The position numbers were made by a program, and so were the translations under genes. The notes beneath the pieces were generated by a model. That model was not told the DNA's origin and did no database searches. It saw nothing but the letters and a program-made list of their open reading frames with translations. A DNA stretch of 64,000 nucleotides from Candidatus Zhuqueibacterota bacterium (GTDB lineage Bacteria; Zhuqueibacterota; Zhuqueibacteria; Thermofontimicrobiales; Thermofontimicrobiaceae), in assembly GCA_049322915.1 (NCBI GenBank), contig JBMOPW010000010.1, forward strand, positions 1 through 64,000, in the 5' to 3' direction. Below are positions 62,416 through 64,000 of this stretch, one piece after another; the stretch's first letter is position 1; the number at the start of each line of letters is the position of its first letter.

Positions 62416-63495
62416 ATGGACAGCCTGATTGGACTCACAGCGAGTGATTGGTGGAAACTTTTAAGAGATAATCGTTTTGCCGTGGAACCGTCGCACTGGT
62501 TCAAAGCATTTTTATTGACAATTTTTTCAGCCAACAATTCGTTTTTCAAACGACGGGAAGATCGCATCTACCTGCCCGAGGTGGAGAAGCAGGAGATAAC
62601 AAAACCGCCTGTCTTCATTTTGGGGCATTGGCGCAGCGGCACCACCCATCTCCACAACTTGTTCGTGCTGGATAAACAATTTGCCTATCCCAATCTGTTT
62701 CAAGTCAATAATCCGCATACATTCCTGTACAAGGAACCGAAATATGCCAAGCTCTTTGCCAGAATGCAGGCGGAAGAGCGTCCCATGGATAATGTCAAAA
62801 TCGATCTGAAAAGTCCCGGCGAAGAAGAATTCGCTCTGGGCGCGCTCAGCCTCATCACCCCATTGCTGGGGTGGCCATTCCCGCAGAGAGAAGAATATTA
62901 TGACCGCTATCTCACTTTCCAGGATGTTTCCAAAGAGACTATCGACAAGTGGAAGTCGTCATTCATCCTGTTTGTGAAAAAGCTCACCTGGCGATACGAG
63001 AAACAGTTGGTCCTGAAATCCCCGGCCAATACTGGACGGATAAAATTGCTGCTGGAAATTTTCCCGCAGGCAAAAATTGTCCACATTCATCGGAATCCCT
63101 ATGCCGTTTTCAAATCGACTGTGGGACTGTACAAAAAAGCCGTGGCCTCGGCGTATCTGCACCATCCCAAAAATAGCGACACCACGGAAGGAATTTTGAA
63201 ACGGTACAAAGAGATGTACGACTGCTTCTTCGACCAGCGCCATTTAATTCCTGATGGCAATTACATAGAGGTGAGTTTCGAGGAACTGGAGGCGGATACG
63301 ATGGGTCAAATGGAGCGAATCTACTCGAATTTGAGGCTGCACGGTTTCGGCCAGCTGCAACCCAGGTTGCACGAATACATCGAAGCCAATAAAAAATATG
63401 AGAAGAATCAGTATAAGTCGCTGGAACCAGCCCTCAAAGAGCGCGTTGCCGGTAGCTGGCGCCGGAGTTTTGAAGAGTGGGGGTATGAAATTTAA
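62416..63495 (+). CDS. Stand-alone PAPS-dependent sulfotransferase (Stf3/Sulfotransfer_3-like)
   Basis: PVFILGHWRSGTTHLH, P.EEE, LVLKSP.NTGRI, HIHRNPY.VFKS. ATG 62416 preferred because the longer ORF overlaps the PPTase. Confidence 0.9.
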   Translation: MDSLIGLTASDWWKLLRDNRFAVEPSHWFKAFLLTIFSANNSFFKRREDRIYLPEVEKQEITKPPVFILGHWRSGTTHLHNLFVLDKQFAYPNLFQVNNPHTFLYKEPKYAKLFARMQAEERPMDNVKIDLKSPGEEEFALGALSLITPLLGWPFPQREEYYDRYLTFQDVSKETIDKWKSSFILFVKKLTWRYEKQLVLKSPANTGRIKLLLEIFPQAKIVHIHRNPYAVFKSTVGLYKKAVASAYLHHPKNSDTTEGILKRYKEMYDCFFDQRHLIPDGNYIEVSFEELEADTMGQMERIYSNLRLHGFGQLQPRLHEYIEANKKYEKNQYKSLEPALKERVAGSWRRSFEEWGYEI

Positions 63496-63732
63496 TCGGG
63501 TGACCGATGATCCAGGCAGTCCGCACCAGTGAAAGCAGCTTGTCTCTGTCACTCGTTGAATCGCGCATTGCTGTAAAGTACCCGGGGCCGATGATACGTC
63601 CAATTTCAGCGCCTAAAAATCTGGCAGTGCGCTCAATGCCGCGTCCAGGGGCATTCATTGCAGCGATTCCTACACACACAATCAGGTCTCTTTCCCTGAA
63701 GAGAAAAATTAATTTCGTTGCGTAATTCCGGA

Positions 63733-64000
63733 TCAACGAATGAACCGCACCAATTCCGTGGTCTGTTTGCGATGCGGCGCGGCGGGAATATCCGCCGGGT
63801 AGCCCAGCGGCGTCACCGTCGCAATGTAATGGGATTGCGGAATCCCCAATGCTTGTTTCACATCTTCCCTGTCCATGGCTGCGATCCAGCATGTGCCCAA
63901 CCCAAAATTCCACGCTGACAGCATGAAATGGTAAGCTGCAATACAGGCGTCCTGTTCCGGGCGCAGCGTCTTTTCGTTGTCCGTGCAAATCGCCACGGCC
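63733..64000 (-). CDS. Nitroreductase-family protein, C-terminal part (truncated by the window edge)
   Basis: QDACIAAYHFMLSAWNFGLGTCWI...LGIP......LGYP...RK, the typical nitroreductase C-terminus. Confidence 0.85.
   Translation of the reverse strand, partial: AVAICTDNEKTLRPEQDACIAAYHFMLSAWNFGLGTCWIAAMDREDVKQALGIPQSHYIATVTPLGYPADIPAAPHRKQTTELVRFIR

Noticed and set aside
63434..63988. 184-aa minus-strand ORF and 72-aa plus-strand ORF at the right end
   Set aside because: The 184-aa ORF overlaps the sulfotransferase and nitroreductase genes in other frames, and neither ORF has motifs.
63733..64000. Nitroreductase as a cluster tailoring oxidase (azoline oxidase)
   Set aside because: Convergent orientation, generic family, and no cyclization (DxxxxD) domains in the NRPS.
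1..64000. CRISPR arrays, tRNA/rRNA genes, transposases, frameshifted pseudogenes
   Set aside because: None seen. All megasynthase ORFs are open, and the repeats are explained by module paralogy.

Overview
Almost the whole window is one co-directional (+ strand) hybrid PKS-NRPS biosynthetic gene cluster. Eight megasynthase genes carry 2 PKS and 13 NRPS modules, with 2 epimerization domains and a terminal TE. A carnitine/choline-acyltransferase-like gene sits inside the assembly line. The tail encodes an MFS exporter, a small hypothetical protein, an MbtH-like protein, a type II thioesterase, an Sfp-type PPTase and a stand-alone sulfotransferase. A convergent nitroreductase is cut off at the right edge, and no loading module is visible, so it probably lies outside the window on the left. 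Hand-read specificity codes suggest acyl-(ketide)-aromatic?-(hydroxy-ketide)-Arg?-Ile-like-D-Gln-aromatic?-Phe-Lys-D-Lys-Asn-Phe-Lys-Asn-Tyr, probably sulfated. Three features stand out: (1) a PilZ domain with both c-di-GMP-binding motifs inserted inside the adenylation domain of the D-Lys module, a candidate second-messenger-gated NRPS; (2) a CurM/OLS-like sulfotransferase domain embedded between PCP and C mid-line; (3) the acyltransferase-like protein, which lacks its catalytic His. All domain and substrate calls come from reading motifs by eye; no searches were run.
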